From an uncultured delta proteobacterium (GTDB lineage: Bacteria > Myxococcota_A > Polyangia > Polyangiales > Polyangiaceae): DNA of 64,000 bases. Location of the stretch: NCBI GenBank assembly GCA_963806225.1, contig CAWDXG010000003.1, forward strand, positions 271,723-335,722, written 5' to 3'. Of this stretch, positions 9,991 to 19,942 are shown piece by piece. How positions within the stretch are numbered: the first letter of the stretch is position 1; each line of letters starts with the position of its first letter. A program made the translations under genes and the position numbers. Under the pieces are notes generated by a model. It saw only the letters and a program-made list of their open reading frames with translations. It searched no databases and was not told where the DNA came from.

Positions 9991-11178
9991 CTACTTGCAG
10001 GGAACGTCGTGGACGATCGCGTCGACGGCGTCGCCAACGGCCTTGATCGGGTTGCCGGCCGAGACCACGTACGCCGTCCCCGTGCCGGCGGCCTGGGCGA
10101 CCAGATCCAGGTTCGCCGTCGTGCCGATGCCGACCACGTACGTCTTGATCGACGGCGAGCCGGTGAATGCCGTCGCCGCCTTGGCCGCAACGCCGTTGAT
10201 GTCGTTGCCCGTGCAGCTCGTGGGCTCGCCGTCCGTGATGAGCAACACCGACGCGATGTGTCCCGGGTGGGCCTTCAGGAAGCTCTTCGTGTAGTCGTAG
10301 GTCCCCTCGAGCGCGGGAGCCATCGGCGTCGCGCTGCCGTCGGGCGTGGTCGCGTTGACAGCGTCCGAGATCTTCGTGATGACGCCCGGCACCGGGCTGA
10401 CCTGCACCGCAGGCGACGCGTAGTCCGACGCGATACACGAGACGTCGGCACTGTACGACCCGTTGCACGTACCGAACGACGGCATGCACGGGCCATACGC
10501 GCCGCAGTCCGCGTCGGTCGTGCACGAGCTCGGCGGCGGCGCGCCGGTCGGCGCCACCGGGAAGAACCCCAGCCCCACGCCGCCGACGCCCGGTGCGCCC
10601 AACGCGCCCAGGCCCTGCGTCACGTTCGTCCACTTGCTCTGGTCCTGCATCGACGCCGAGCGATCGAGCAGCACCACGATGTCGAGCGGCTTCTTCGAGC
10701 AGCCCGCGTCGCTGCCGCCCGTGCCGCCCGTGCCGCCCGTGCTGGTGCCGCCGCTGCCGCCGGTGCTGGTGCCGCCGCTACCCGCGGTGCCGCCGTCCGC
10801 GCCCCCCGCGCCCCCGCTGCCCGCCGAAGTACACCAACCGTGCGCCTTGTCGCACAGCTGCCCCAGCGGCTTGCACTGCTTGTCCGTCACGCACACGCGG
10901 TGACACATCTGGTCGGGACCGCACAGGTCGCCGGTGCGGCAGTCGTTGTTGCCGACGCACTGCACGCAGGTCGAGCTCGACGGGTCGCACACCTGATCCG
11001 CCGGGCAGTCGAGCGAGGTCTTGCAGGTCGCGCTCGCCGTGCCGCCCGTGCCCCCGGAACCGGCCGCGGCTCCACCCGCGCCGGGTCCCCCGGACACGAG
11101 ATCGTTGTTCGAGCTACCGCAGCCCACCGCCGCCAGCAGCGCCAGCGCGCCGATCCCAAGCCAAGCTGTCCTACGCAT
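9991..11178 (-). CDS. VWA-domain lipoprotein with Cys-rich and Gly-rich repeats
   Basis: Lipobox LAAVGC; MIDAS-like LLDRSASM, TPMAPAL, LLITDGEP. Confidence 0.85.
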   Translation of the reverse strand: MRRTAWLGIGALALLAAVGCGSSNNDLVSGGPGAGGAAAGSGGTGGTASATCKTSLDCPADQVCDPSSSTCVQCVGNNDCRTGDLCGPDQMCHRVCVTDKQCKPLGQLCDKAHGWCTSAGSGGAGGADGGTAGSGGTSTGGSGGTSTGGTGGTGGSDAGCSKKPLDIVVLLDRSASMQDQSKWTNVTQGLGALGAPGVGGVGLGFFPVAPTGAPPPSSCTTDADCGAYGPCMPSFGTCNGSYSADVSCIASDYASPAVQVSPVPGVITKISDAVNATTPDGSATPMAPALEGTYDYTKSFLKAHPGHIASVLLITDGEPTSCTGNDINGVAAKAATAFTGSPSIKTYVVGIGTTANLDLVAQAAGTGTAYVVSAGNPIKAVGDAVDAIVHDVPCK

Positions 11179-11219
11179 GCGCAGATGTACGGCGAGGTGC
11201 GGAGGTGTCTTCCCTGGCG

Positions 11220-11528
11220 GCGCGCCGCACAGCGACGCGGGCGCGCGCCGCACAGCGACGCGGCGGCGCGCCGCACAGCGACGCGGCGGCGTGGGGCCCC
11301 CTGAGCGCGCGTTCGCGCGCGATTTGGGGGCCCGCGCCGCGCGCAGCCCCCGCGGGGCGAGCACGGCGCGCCGCACAGCGACGCGGGCGCGCGCCGCACA
11401 GCGACGCGGCGGCGTGGGGCCCCCTGAGCGCGCGTTCGCGCGCGATTTGGGGGCCCGCGCCGCGCGCAGCCCCCGCGGGGCGAGCACGGCGCGCCGCACA
11501 GCGACGCGGGCGCGCGCGGGGCAACCCC
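11220..11528 (-). repeat. Type 1 hairpin element with a tandemly duplicated 3' part
   Basis: Two copies of GTGGGGCCCCCTGAGCGCGCGTTCGCGCGCGATTTGGGGGCCCGCG, plus GGGGCAACCCC adjacent to the array. Confidence 0.75.
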
Positions 11529-11530
11529 AA

Positions 11531-11790
11531 ACGGGCATTTTCGGCCGCAAGTTCGCGCTTGATGGCCAAAATGCCCGCCAGACGGGCATTTTGATGCGCA
11601 AGCTCGAGCTTGATGGCCAAAATGCCCGCCAGACGGGCATTTTTATGTGCAAGCTCGGGGGCGGTGGCCGAAATGCCAGAAATCTGCCCTGATCGAGGAG
11701 ACAGACGGGCATTTTGATGCGCAAGCTCGAGCTTGGTGGCCGAAATGCCCGCCAGAGATGTCTGGCGTGCATTCTGGGTGGCATGCCCCC
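11531..11790. repeat. 51-bp array (family B), ~4-5 degenerate units
   Basis: AAATGCCCGCCAGACGGGCATTT...AAGCTCGAGCTT units. Confidence 0.85.
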
Positions 11791-11797
11791 ATTCCGC

Positions 11798-12140
11798 ACG
11801 TCGTATCGGCCGCCGCCCGCGCGTCGTGGCGGCCGCCGCCCGCGCCCTTCCGCCGCCCGCGCGTTCCGCCGCCCGCGCGTCGTATCGGCCGCCCGCGCGT
11901 CGTATCGGCCGCCCGCGCGTTCCGCCGCCCGCGCGTCGTATCGGCCGCCGCCCGCGCGTCGTATCGGCCGCCCGCGCGTTCCGCCGCCCGCGCGTCGTGG
12001 CGGCCGCCGCCCGCGCGTCGTGGCGGCCGCCGCCCGCGCCCTTCCGCCGCCGCCCGCGCCGCGACTCGTAAATGCGCCCGGCCCCCGCGTTCCGCCGCCC
12101 GCGCGTTCCGCCGCCCGCGCGTTCCGCCGCCCGCGCCGCG
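11798..12140. repeat. GC-rich low-complexity repeat
   Basis: Mixed CCGCCGCCCGCGCGT and CGTCGTATCGG units. Confidence 0.85.
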
Positions 12141-12182
12141 CCGTCGTACCAGCGTCGCGGCCGCGACGATTGCCGGCTCGCT

Positions 12183-13097
12183 TCAGCCGAACTTCCGCGC
12201 CGCTTCGTCCAGCCGCACGAAGCCGTAGCCGGCCGCCTTCAGCGTCTCGACGACCGCGCCGAGCGCGTCCAGCTTGCGCGCCAGCGGCACGCGCACATCC
12301 GGCTGGTGCGGGCGCAGCGCCTCGAGCCCGTCGCGGGCGTCCAGCACGTCGATGCCGTGCAGCTCCAGGTTCACGAGCGGCTCGCCGATCACGCCGCGCG
12401 TGAGCCAGCGCGCCCGCGTTGGCCCCGCCAGCGTCAGCGTCGTCCCGATGAAGGGCAGCCGCGCGCGCCGCGTCACCTGCACCGGCAGCTCGAGCAGCCC
12501 GCTGCCGCGCTTCCAGTACGGCTTGCCGATGCGATACGGCCGCATCGGCGCCGCGAGCACCGCCGGCGTGTCCAGCACCGAGTGCGAGCGCCGCCGCCTG
12601 ACGCGGATCGCCGCCAGCGCCGCCGCCTTGGCCGCGTAGTACGGCGGACACGGAAACACCGACGAGTCGTACTCGACGCCCGCCTCCGCCAGCACCTCGA
12701 ACAGCTCGTCCGTGATCGTGTAGCCCGGCGCCCGGAAGCCGCGCGGCCGCTCCCCCGTCGCCCCCTCGATCACCTCGATGCCAGAGCGCACCTGCCGCTC
12801 CATCTCCGCCCGGCTCTGGCGCGTCAGATCGTACAGGTGATCGAGCGAGTGGTTCGCGAGCTCATGCCCGCGTGCGCTCAAGGCCGAGAGCCGCGCCGCA
12901 TTCCCCTCGCGCGCCATGTCGGCCCCGATCGCAAACAGCGTCAGCGGCAGCTCGTGCGCCCGCGCGAATTCATCGAGCCGCGGCAACGCCACGTCGTACA
13001 CCGCGCTCGACGACGTGGGCGGCAGCCCGTGGATCGCGAAGTAGTGCGGGATCTCGTCCAGATCGACGCTGACGGCGCAGACGCGCATGAGCATCAT
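12183..13097 (-). CDS. Polysaccharide deacetylase family protein
   Basis: SVDLD, GHELANHSLDH, GFRAPGY, YDSSVFP. Confidence 0.9.
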   Translation of the reverse strand: MMLMRVCAVSVDLDEIPHYFAIHGLPPTSSSAVYDVALPRLDEFARAHELPLTLFAIGADMAREGNAARLSALSARGHELANHSLDHLYDLTRQSRAEMERQVRSGIEVIEGATGERPRGFRAPGYTITDELFEVLAEAGVEYDSSVFPCPPYYAAKAAALAAIRVRRRRSHSVLDTPAVLAAPMRPYRIGKPYWKRGSGLLELPVQVTRRARLPFIGTTLTLAGPTRARWLTRGVIGEPLVNLELHGIDVLDARDGLEALRPHQPDVRVPLARKLDALGAVVETLKAAGYGFVRLDEAARKFG

Positions 13098-13154
13098 GTA
13101 CCCGAACGCAAACCCCGCGTCCGCCCCATCCGCCCACGCGACGGCGGCGGCGCA

Positions 13155-13262
13155 GGTGACGGCGCGTCCGCCCGGGTGACGGCGCGTCCGCCCGGGTGAG
13201 GGCGCGTCCGCCCGGGTGACGGCGCGTCCGCCCGGGTGACGGCGCGTCCGCCCGGGTGACGG
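13155..13262. repeat. 20-bp tandem repeat, ~5 units
   Basis: (GGTGACGGCGCGTCCGCCCG)n. Confidence 0.9.
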
Positions 13263-13282
13263 CGGCAGCGCAGCTCACCCGT

Positions 13283-13299
13283 CATGGATTATGTAAACT
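13283..13299 (+). other. dif-like half site (spacer + XerD-type arm)
   Basis: CATGGA-TTATGTAAACT; second copy of the motif at 481-497. Confidence 0.4.
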
Positions 13300-13365
13300 C
13301 GTTTGAGCGTGGATCGATACTGTTCGCGGCATTCCGCGCCGCACAGCCGTCGACCTCCCCCGTCG

Positions 13366-13925
13366 CGGGCATTTCACCCTCCAAGCCCGAGCTTGCCACC
13401 CAAAATGCCCGTTTCGCGCCCATTCCACCCCTCTGCGACGAGCTTGCCACCCAAAATGCCCGTTTCGCGCCCATTCCACCCCTCTGCGACGAGCTTGCCA
13501 CCCAAAATGCCCGTCTCGCGCCCATTCCACCCCTCTGCGACGAGCTTGCCCCACAAAATGCCCGTCTCCCGGGCATTTCACCCTCCAAGCCCGAGCTTGC
13601 CCCACAAAATGCCCGTCTCACGGGCATTTCACCCTCCAAGCCCGAGCTTGCTCACCAAAATGCCCGTCTCGCGCGCGTTTTGACCTCCAAGCCCGAGCTT
13701 GCCACCCAAAATGCCCGTCTCACGGGCATTTCACCCTCCAAGCCCGAGCTTGCTCACCAAAATGCCCGTCTCGCGCGCGTTTTGACCTCCAAGCCCGGCT
13801 TGCCCCACAAAATGCCCGTCTCACGGGCATTTCACCCTCCAAGCCCGAGCTTGCCACCCAAAATGCCCGTCTCACGGGCATTTCACCCTCCAAGCCCGAG
13901 CTTGCCCCACAAAATGCCCGTTTCG
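13366..13925. repeat. 51-bp array (family B), ~11 units
   Basis: AAATGCCCGTCTCACGGGCATTT-CACCCTCC-AAGCCCGAGCTT-GCCACCCA and variants. Confidence 0.95.
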
Positions 13926-13948
13926 CACCGTTCCCCACGCTTGGTGGA

Positions 13949-14063
13949 GGGCTGCCCCCACGAAGCGCCGCGCTCCGCGCGCCGCCGCACTTCCGCGGCG
14001 CGGCGCGCTACCGCGCGCCGCGGGCCCCCAAGTCCGGGCGCGACGCCCGGCCGGGGGCCCCAC
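13949..14063 (+). repeat. Type 1 hairpin element
   Basis: GGGCTGCCCCC...CGCGGGCCCCCAAGTCCGGGCGCGACGCCCGGCCGGGGGCCCCAC. Confidence 0.85.
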
Positions 14064-14090
14064 GTCCCTGCCGACACGTCCCTGCGCGCG

Positions 14091-15206
14091 TCACGCCCGG
14101 CGCGAGCTCGTCGCGAAATCGCGCACTGCGGCCACGACCTCCGCGCGCTCGATCCCTGACAGCTCCGGGTACAGCGGGATCGACACCACCTCCGCGGCCG
14201 CCGCCTCGGCGCGCGGGCACGCCCCCTGGCGCATGCCGAGTGGCGCCAGCGCGGGCTGCGCGTACAGAGGCCGGTCATAGTAGACGGCGGTGGCCACGTC
14301 GCGTTCCTTCAGGAAAGTGCGGAACTCGTCGCGCCGCGCGACGCGCAGTGTGTAGTGCGCCCACGCGGGCGCGGCGCCCGACGCCACCGCGGGCAGCGCG
14401 ACGCCGTCGAGCCCCGCGAGCTCCGCGTCGTAGGCCGCCGCGTGCCCGGCGCGCGCCGACAGGTAGTGATCGAGATGCGGCAGCTTCACGGACAGGAGCG
14501 CCGCCTGCAGGGCGTCCAGCCGGAAATTGCCGCCCACCCACTCGTGCTCGCCGCGGCGCGGCGCGCCGTGCGCGCGCAGTGCGCGGCAGCGTGCCGCCAG
14601 ATCGTCGTCATTCGTCACGATCATGCCGCCGTCGCCGAACCCGCCCAGCGGCTTGGACGGAAAGAAGCTGAAACACCCGAGCGTCCCCCACGCGCCGGCG
14701 CGCTTGCCCTGCCACGCCGCGCCGAGCGCCTGGGCCGCGTCCTCCACGACGGGCACGCCGTGACGCCCGGCAATCTCGAGCAGCGAGCTCAACCGCACCG
14801 TCTGCCCGAACAGATGCACCGGCACGATCGCGCGTGTGCGCGGTCCGATCGCCGCCTCGAGCTCCGCCAGATCCATGTTGAACGTGCCCGCGTCGATGTC
14901 CACGAAGCGCGGCCGCGCGCCGAGCCGCAGGATCGCGCCGACCGTCGCGAAAAACGAAAACGGCGTGGTGATCACCTCGTCGCCCGGCCGCACCTCCAGC
15001 GCCATCAGCGTGCACAGCAGCGCATCGCTGCCGCTTGAGACCCCGACGGCGTGCCGTACGCCCACGTAGCTGGCGATCCCACTCTCGAAGCGCTCCACCG
15101 CCTCGCCCAGGATGAACCGTTCCGACTCCAGCACCGCCTCGAACGCCGCGCGCAGCTCGCCGGCGAGCGCCGCGTGCTGCGCCGATAGATCCACCAGCGG
15201 GATCAT
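14091..15206 (-). CDS. DegT/DnrJ/EryC1/StrS aminotransferase (WbpE-like)
   Basis: MIPLVDL, VHLFGQ, EDAAQA, SFFPSKPLGGFGDGG, NFRLDALQAA. Confidence 0.93.
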   Translation of the reverse strand: MIPLVDLSAQHAALAGELRAAFEAVLESERFILGEAVERFESGIASYVGVRHAVGVSSGSDALLCTLMALEVRPGDEVITTPFSFFATVGAILRLGARPRFVDIDAGTFNMDLAELEAAIGPRTRAIVPVHLFGQTVRLSSLLEIAGRHGVPVVEDAAQALGAAWQGKRAGAWGTLGCFSFFPSKPLGGFGDGGMIVTNDDDLAARCRALRAHGAPRRGEHEWVGGNFRLDALQAALLSVKLPHLDHYLSARAGHAAAYDAELAGLDGVALPAVASGAAPAWAHYTLRVARRDEFRTFLKERDVATAVYYDRPLYAQPALAPLGMRQGACPRAEAAAAEVVSIPLYPELSGIERAEVVAAVRDFATSSRRA

Positions 15207-15796
15207 CCGATCCACTCCACCCGCCCGCCTGCCAGTCGATAGCGCTCGCCCGTCCCCGGGCACACCGCAATGCCTTCCGCATCGAACTCCAGCCGCGAGC
15301 CGTGACGGCTCATCCAGCCGAGCGGCTGTGCGGGCACGCCGCCCACCAGCGCGTACGCCGCCACGTCGTGCCGCACCAGCGCGCCCGCGCCCACGAAGCA
15401 ATGCTCGCCCAGCGTCACCCCTGGCAGGATCGTCGCGTTCGCGCCGATGGTCGCGCCGCGGCGGACGCGCGTCGGCCGGTACTCGCTCCGCCGCGACACC
15501 GCCGCGCGCGGATTCATCACGTTCGTGAACACCGCGCTCGGCCCCACGAAGACGTCGTCTTCAAGCTCGACGCCTTCGTACAGGCTCACGTTGTTCTGCA
15601 CCTTCGCGCGGGCGCCCACCCGCACACCCGCCGCCACGAAACAGTTCTGCCCGAGCAACGTCCCCTCCCCGATCACCGCGCCGGCCATCACGTGACAGAA
15701 GTGCCAGATGCGCGCGCCCGCTCCGATCAGCGCGCCCGCGTCCACGACGGCGGTTGGGTCGATGAAAGCCGCGGTGTCGTCGTCGAGCTGCGCCAC
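15203..15796 (-). CDS. Hexapeptide-repeat N-acetyltransferase (WbpD-like)
   Basis: IWHFCHV, GQNCFV, KVQNNVSLYEGV, VFTNVMNPR, GANATI, GVPA. Confidence 0.9.
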   Translation of the reverse strand: MAQLDDDTAAFIDPTAVVDAGALIGAGARIWHFCHVMAGAVIGEGTLLGQNCFVAAGVRVGARAKVQNNVSLYEGVELEDDVFVGPSAVFTNVMNPRAAVSRRSEYRPTRVRRGATIGANATILPGVTLGEHCFVGAGALVRHDVAAYALVGGVPAQPLGWMSRHGSRLEFDAEGIAVCPGTGERYRLAGGRVEWIG

Positions 15797-15863
15797 ACCG
15801 CTCCGATAGCAGCGCTCGCGACGCGCCGCGACGGCGCCGGCGCAAACGGCCGGATTGCCGGCG

Positions 15864-15961
15864 TTGGGCCCCCGGCCGGGCGCTGCGCCCGGCCTTGGCG
15901 GGCCCGCGGCGCGCGATAGCGCGACGCGCGTGGAAACGCCGCGCAAGGCGGGGGGCATCCC
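15864..15961 (-). repeat. Type 1 hairpin element without an adjacent array
   Basis: Reverse complement reads GGGATGCCCCC...CGCGGGCCCGCCAAGGCCGGGCGCAGCGCCCGGCCGGGGGCCCAA. Confidence 0.8.
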
Positions 15962-15981
15962 TCGACACCCATCAAGGGGCG

Positions 15982-16794
15982 TTACGGCGCCCGACGCCCG
16001 GCGAGGAGCCAGCGCGCGGTACCCGCCGCGCCAAGGGCGACGGCGCGCGCTCGCTCGAGCGCATTGTCGGAAGCCGCGCGCGCCACCAGTGGCAGAAGGA
16101 AGCGGCCGCGCAGTCGCCGGCGCATCAGCGCGCGGTACGTCGCCGCGTAGGCGCGGCGGGGCGGGCCGAGCGCCGCGCGGATCTCCGCCCAGCGCGTGTC
16201 GCCCTCTTGCGCGAGGAAATCGGCGACGAGCCACGCGAGCGTCGTCGACTGCGCGGCGCGCACGACGCGCACGAACACCGCGTCGTCGAACGCCTCCAGC
16301 CGCACGATGCGCGCCACATCCTCGAGCGCGTGGCCGCGCGCGCGGGCCAGCTTGTCCTTGAACACGTTCACGCACAGAAGCAGCGCGTGCTCGTGCAGCT
16401 CGGGCTCGAGATGTCCGGCTTCGCCACGCATGGCGTGCGCGATCATCGTGTCGACCGTGAGCCCGCACAGCCCTGGCGGACCGACGGACGTTTCCACTTC
16501 GACCAGCGTGCCATCGACGATCGCCTCGAACGTTCCCCACTGCTTCGAGCCGTGCCCCACCGTGAAGCCCGCCGCTTCGAAGGCGCGCTGCGCCCGCACG
16601 CGATCGCGCGGACGGACCCGGAGATCCACGTCCGCGATGTCGCGCTCCGCAGAGTCGGCCCAGAGCAGCGGCGTCGTCACCACGCCCTTGACCGGCAACA
16701 CGTCGACGCCCGCAGCATCGAGCACGCCGAGCGCCCGCCCCAGCGCCGCCCGCGCCACGCCCTGCTTCGCCCACCTGAGCGCCGCCTGCTTCAC
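15982..16794 (-). CDS. Nucleotidyltransferase family protein (NTP_transf_5-like)
   Basis: LPVKG, RDIADVDLRV. GTG start is inferred. Confidence 0.75.
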   Translation of the reverse strand: MKQAALRWAKQGVARAALGRALGVLDAAGVDVLPVKGVVTTPLLWADSAERDIADVDLRVRPRDRVRAQRAFEAAGFTVGHGSKQWGTFEAIVDGTLVEVETSVGPPGLCGLTVDTMIAHAMRGEAGHLEPELHEHALLLCVNVFKDKLARARGHALEDVARIVRLEAFDDAVFVRVVRAAQSTTLAWLVADFLAQEGDTRWAEIRAALGPPRRAYAATYRALMRRRLRGRFLLPLVARAASDNALERARAVALGAAGTARWLLAGRRAP

Positions 16795-16829
16795 ACTCCG
16801 TGCATAGCGCGGCGCGGGCGGACAGTGGG

Positions 16830-17240
16830 GTGCGGGCGGCGGCGCGGGCGCGGACGGTGGAGTCCGGGCGGTGGGGTCCGGGCGGCGGGGTCCGGGCGGC
16901 GGGGCGCGGGCGCGGGTGCGGGCGGTGGGGTCCGGGCGGCGGGGCGCGGGCGGTGGGGTCCGGGCGCGGGTGCGGGCGGTGGGGCGCGGGCGGTGGGGTC
17001 CGGGCGGTGGGGTCCGGGCGGTGGGGTCCGGGCGGCGGGGGCGCGGGCGGTGGGGTCCGGGCGGTGGGGTCCGGGCGCGGGTGCGGGCGGTGGGGTCCGG
17101 GCGGTGGGGTCCGGGCGGCGGGGCGCGGGCGGTGGGGTCCGGGCGGTGGGGTCCGGGCGGTGGGGTCCGGGCGCGGGTGCGGACGGTGGGGTCCGGGCGC
17201 GGGTGCGGGCGGTGGGGTCCGGGCGCGGGCGCGGGCGCGC
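16830..17240. repeat. G-rich low-complexity repeat
   Basis: GGGCGGTGGGGTCC / GGGCGCGGGTGC units. Confidence 0.85.
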
Positions 17241-17706
17241 GGGCATTTTGCCCTCCAAGCTCGAGCTTGAGACCCGAAATGCCCGCCAGCGACGCCAGAG
17301 CACCCCGTTTCCGCGCGTTTTTCCGCGCAGCTTCGAGCTTGCTCCGTGAAATGCCCGTCTGACGGGCATTTTGCCCTCCAAGCTCGAGCTTGCTCCACGA
17401 AATGCCCGCCAGCGACGCCAGAGCACCCCGTTTCCGCGCGCTTTCCCGCACAGCTTCGAGCTTGCTCCGTGAAATGCCCGTCTGACGGGCATTTTGCCCT
17501 CCAAGCTCGAGCTTGCTCCACGAAATGCCCGTCTGACGGGCATTTTGCCCTCCAAGCTCGAGCTTGAGACCCGAAATGCCCGCCAGCGACGCCAGAGCAC
17601 CCCGTTTCCGCGCGGTTTCCCGCACAGCTTCGAGCTTGCTCACCGAAATGCCCGTCTGACGGGCATTTTGCCCTCCAAGCTCGAGCTTGCTCTACGAAAT
17701 GCCCGT
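17241..17706. repeat. Array of family B units (51-bp units mixed with 72-bp variants)
   Basis: AAATGCCCGTCTGACGGGCATTT-TGCCCTCC-AAGCTCGAGCTT-GCTCCACG. Confidence 0.93.
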
Positions 17707-17733
17707 TCGGGCCACGTCGCCACCAGGTTCGAT

Positions 17734-17844
17734 GGGTTGCCCCCGCGCCTTCCGTCACTTCGCGGTGCGCCGCGCTCCGCCTTGGGCTCCGCGCGTCGCG
17801 GGCCCACCAAGGCCGGTCGCTTCGCGCCCGGCCGGGGGCCCCAC
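17734..17844 (+). repeat. Type 1 hairpin element
   Basis: GGGTTGCCCCC...CGCGGGCCCACCAAGGCCGGTCGCTTCGCGCCCGGCCGGGGGCCCCAC. Confidence 0.85.
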
Positions 17845-17858
17845 GCCCAGCGCCGCAA

Positions 17859-18543
17859 TCCACGGCGCGCCGTCACTGCCCGTCACTTCCACGGCGCGCC
17901 GTCACTGCCCGTCACTTCCACGGCGCGCCGTCACTGCCCGTCACTTCCACGCCGCGCCGTCACTGCCCGTCGCTTCCACGGCGCGCCGTCACTGCCCGTC
18001 GCTTCCACGGCGCGCCGTCACTGCCCGTCGCTTCCACGGCGCGCCGTCACTGCCCGTCGCTTCCACGGCGCGCCGTCACTGCCCGTCACTTCCACGGCGC
18101 GCCGTCACTGCCCGTCGCTTCCACGGCGCGCCGTCACTGCCCGTCGCTTCCACGGCGCGCCGTCACTGCCCGTCACTTCCACGGCGCGCCGTCACTGCCC
18201 GTCACTTCCACGGCGCGCCGTCACTGCCCGTCGCTTCCACGCCGCGCCGTCACTGCCCGTCGCTTCCACGGCGCGCCGTCACTGCCCGTCACTTCCACGG
18301 CGCGCCGTCACTGCCCGTCACTTCCACGGCGCGCCGTCACTGCGCGTCGCTTCCACGGCGCGCCGTCACTGCCCGTCGCTTCCACGGCGCGCCGTCACTG
18401 CCCGTCGCTTCCACGGCGCGCCGTCACTGCCCGTCACTTCCACGGCGCGCCGTCACTGCCCGTCAGTTCCACGGCGCGCCGTCACTGCCCGTCGCTTCCA
18501 CGGCGCGCCGTCACTGCCCGTCGCTTCCACGCCGCGCCGTCAC
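17859..18543. repeat. 29-bp tandem repeat, ~23 units
   Basis: (TCCACGGCGCGCCGTCACTGCCCGTCRCT)n, running into the cheR stop codon. Confidence 0.95.
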
Positions 18544-19343
18544 GCGCGGAAGACGGTCACGCTTTCGCCGATCTCCACGGCGCTGTGGCCCATGCGGCGG
18601 AGGCGGGGGACTTCGCTGCGGGCTACGACGAGGATGCCGTCGTCGGCGAGGGAGCGGAGCAGGAGCTGGACGGCGTGCTCGCCGGCTTCGTCGCCGAAGT
18701 AGATGAGCACGTTCTTGCAGACGATGACTTCGTAGTGACCTGGCGGGGGGCCGAGCATCACGTCGCGGGGCACGAAGCTGACGCCGCTGCGGAGCTCGTC
18801 GGTGACGCTCACGCTGTCCGCTTCCGCGTGGAGATAGCGCCCGGCGAGCTCGGCCGGCACCGAGCGGGCGCAGGGCGCGGGGTACACGCCCTCGCGCGCC
18901 GTCGCGAGCGCGACCTCGCTGCGATCGACGCCCACGACGCGGTAGCCCGCTGCCGCATTCCCGCGCGCGTCGGCGAGCAGCATCGCGAGCGTCCACGCTT
19001 CCTCGCCGGTGGAGCAGCCCGCCGACAGCGCGCGCACGCGCTCGCGCCCGGCGAAGCGCGGGAGATACCCGCCGAGAGCGTCCCACTGGGGCGGATCGCG
19101 GTAGAACGACGTCTCGCCGACGCGCAGGAGGTCCGCGATCTCGGCGAGCAGCGCGGCGTCGGCGCGCACGCGCTCCACGGCGCCATCCAAATCCGTTCGC
19201 TCGCGCTCGGCCAGCGCGTCCAGCGCGCGATCGAGCCTGAGCTCCATCCACGCCGGCCAGCGCGCGCCACGCACCCCCACACCGTGCCGCCGCTCGAGCA
19301 GCTCGAGCATGGCGGCGTAGGCGGGGCTCTGCGCTCGGGTCAT
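18540..19343 (-). CDS. cheR: CheR family chemotaxis methyltransferase
   Basis: VGETSFYRD, SAGCSTGEEAW, AREGVY, IVCKNVLIYF. Confidence 0.9.
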   Translation of the reverse strand: MTRAQSPAYAAMLELLERRHGVGVRGARWPAWMELRLDRALDALAERERTDLDGAVERVRADAALLAEIADLLRVGETSFYRDPPQWDALGGYLPRFAGRERVRALSAGCSTGEEAWTLAMLLADARGNAAAGYRVVGVDRSEVALATAREGVYPAPCARSVPAELAGRYLHAEADSVSVTDELRSGVSFVPRDVMLGPPPGHYEVIVCKNVLIYFGDEAGEHAVQLLLRSLADDGILVVARSEVPRLRRMGHSAVEIGESVTVFRA

Positions 19344-19942
19344 GTCACTTCGGTCTCGATCACGCGCCCTGCGAGCTCGGCCAGCGACGGCGCGTCGAGC
19401 AGGGCCTGCACGCTCAGCACGGCGCAGGGCGGCGGCGACGGGATCACGCCGACGATCATGCCGCGCGCGTCGTGACCGGCGGTGCTCGGCGGCGGCGCGA
19501 GACCTTCTTCCGGCAGATCGCGCAGGCCGCGGAGCGCGTCGACGAGCAGGCCGGCGCTGCGCTTGGCTCCGTGCGCCTCGCGCACCACCACGATGCGCGC
19601 TTCCTGCGCGGAAGAGAGCGTCGGCCGCTCCGCGCCGAGCAGCACGCCCAGGTCCAGCGCCGCGAGCACATCGCCGCGCAGGCTCGTGATCCCGGCCATC
19701 GCCGCTGGCGCGTGGAACACGCGCGTCAGCGGACGCATGCCGATGACTTCCTGCACGTCCTCGACGCGCAGGCCGTAGAGCGACCCGCCGACGCTGACGG
19801 CGATGCAGCGGTCGTTGGTCTCCCGCCCGCGCTCCCCCATCGGAGTCCTCCCGGGGGGCTCGCCGCTCCCCGCGCCCCCCGACGCTCGGCGCGGGCTCGC
19901 TGTTGCTTCGCCAGGGCTACCGGGCTCGTCGGACGCGCTCAT
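19340..19942 (-). CDS. cheW: CheW family coupling protein
   Basis: YGLRVEDVQEVI, LTRVFHAP, GITSLRG, LDL, GLLVD. Confidence 0.85.
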   Translation of the reverse strand: MSASDEPGSPGEATASPRRASGGAGSGEPPGRTPMGERGRETNDRCIAVSVGGSLYGLRVEDVQEVIGMRPLTRVFHAPAAMAGITSLRGDVLAALDLGVLLGAERPTLSSAQEARIVVVREAHGAKRSAGLLVDALRGLRDLPEEGLAPPPSTAGHDARGMIVGVIPSPPPCAVLSVQALLDAPSLAELAGRVIETEVT

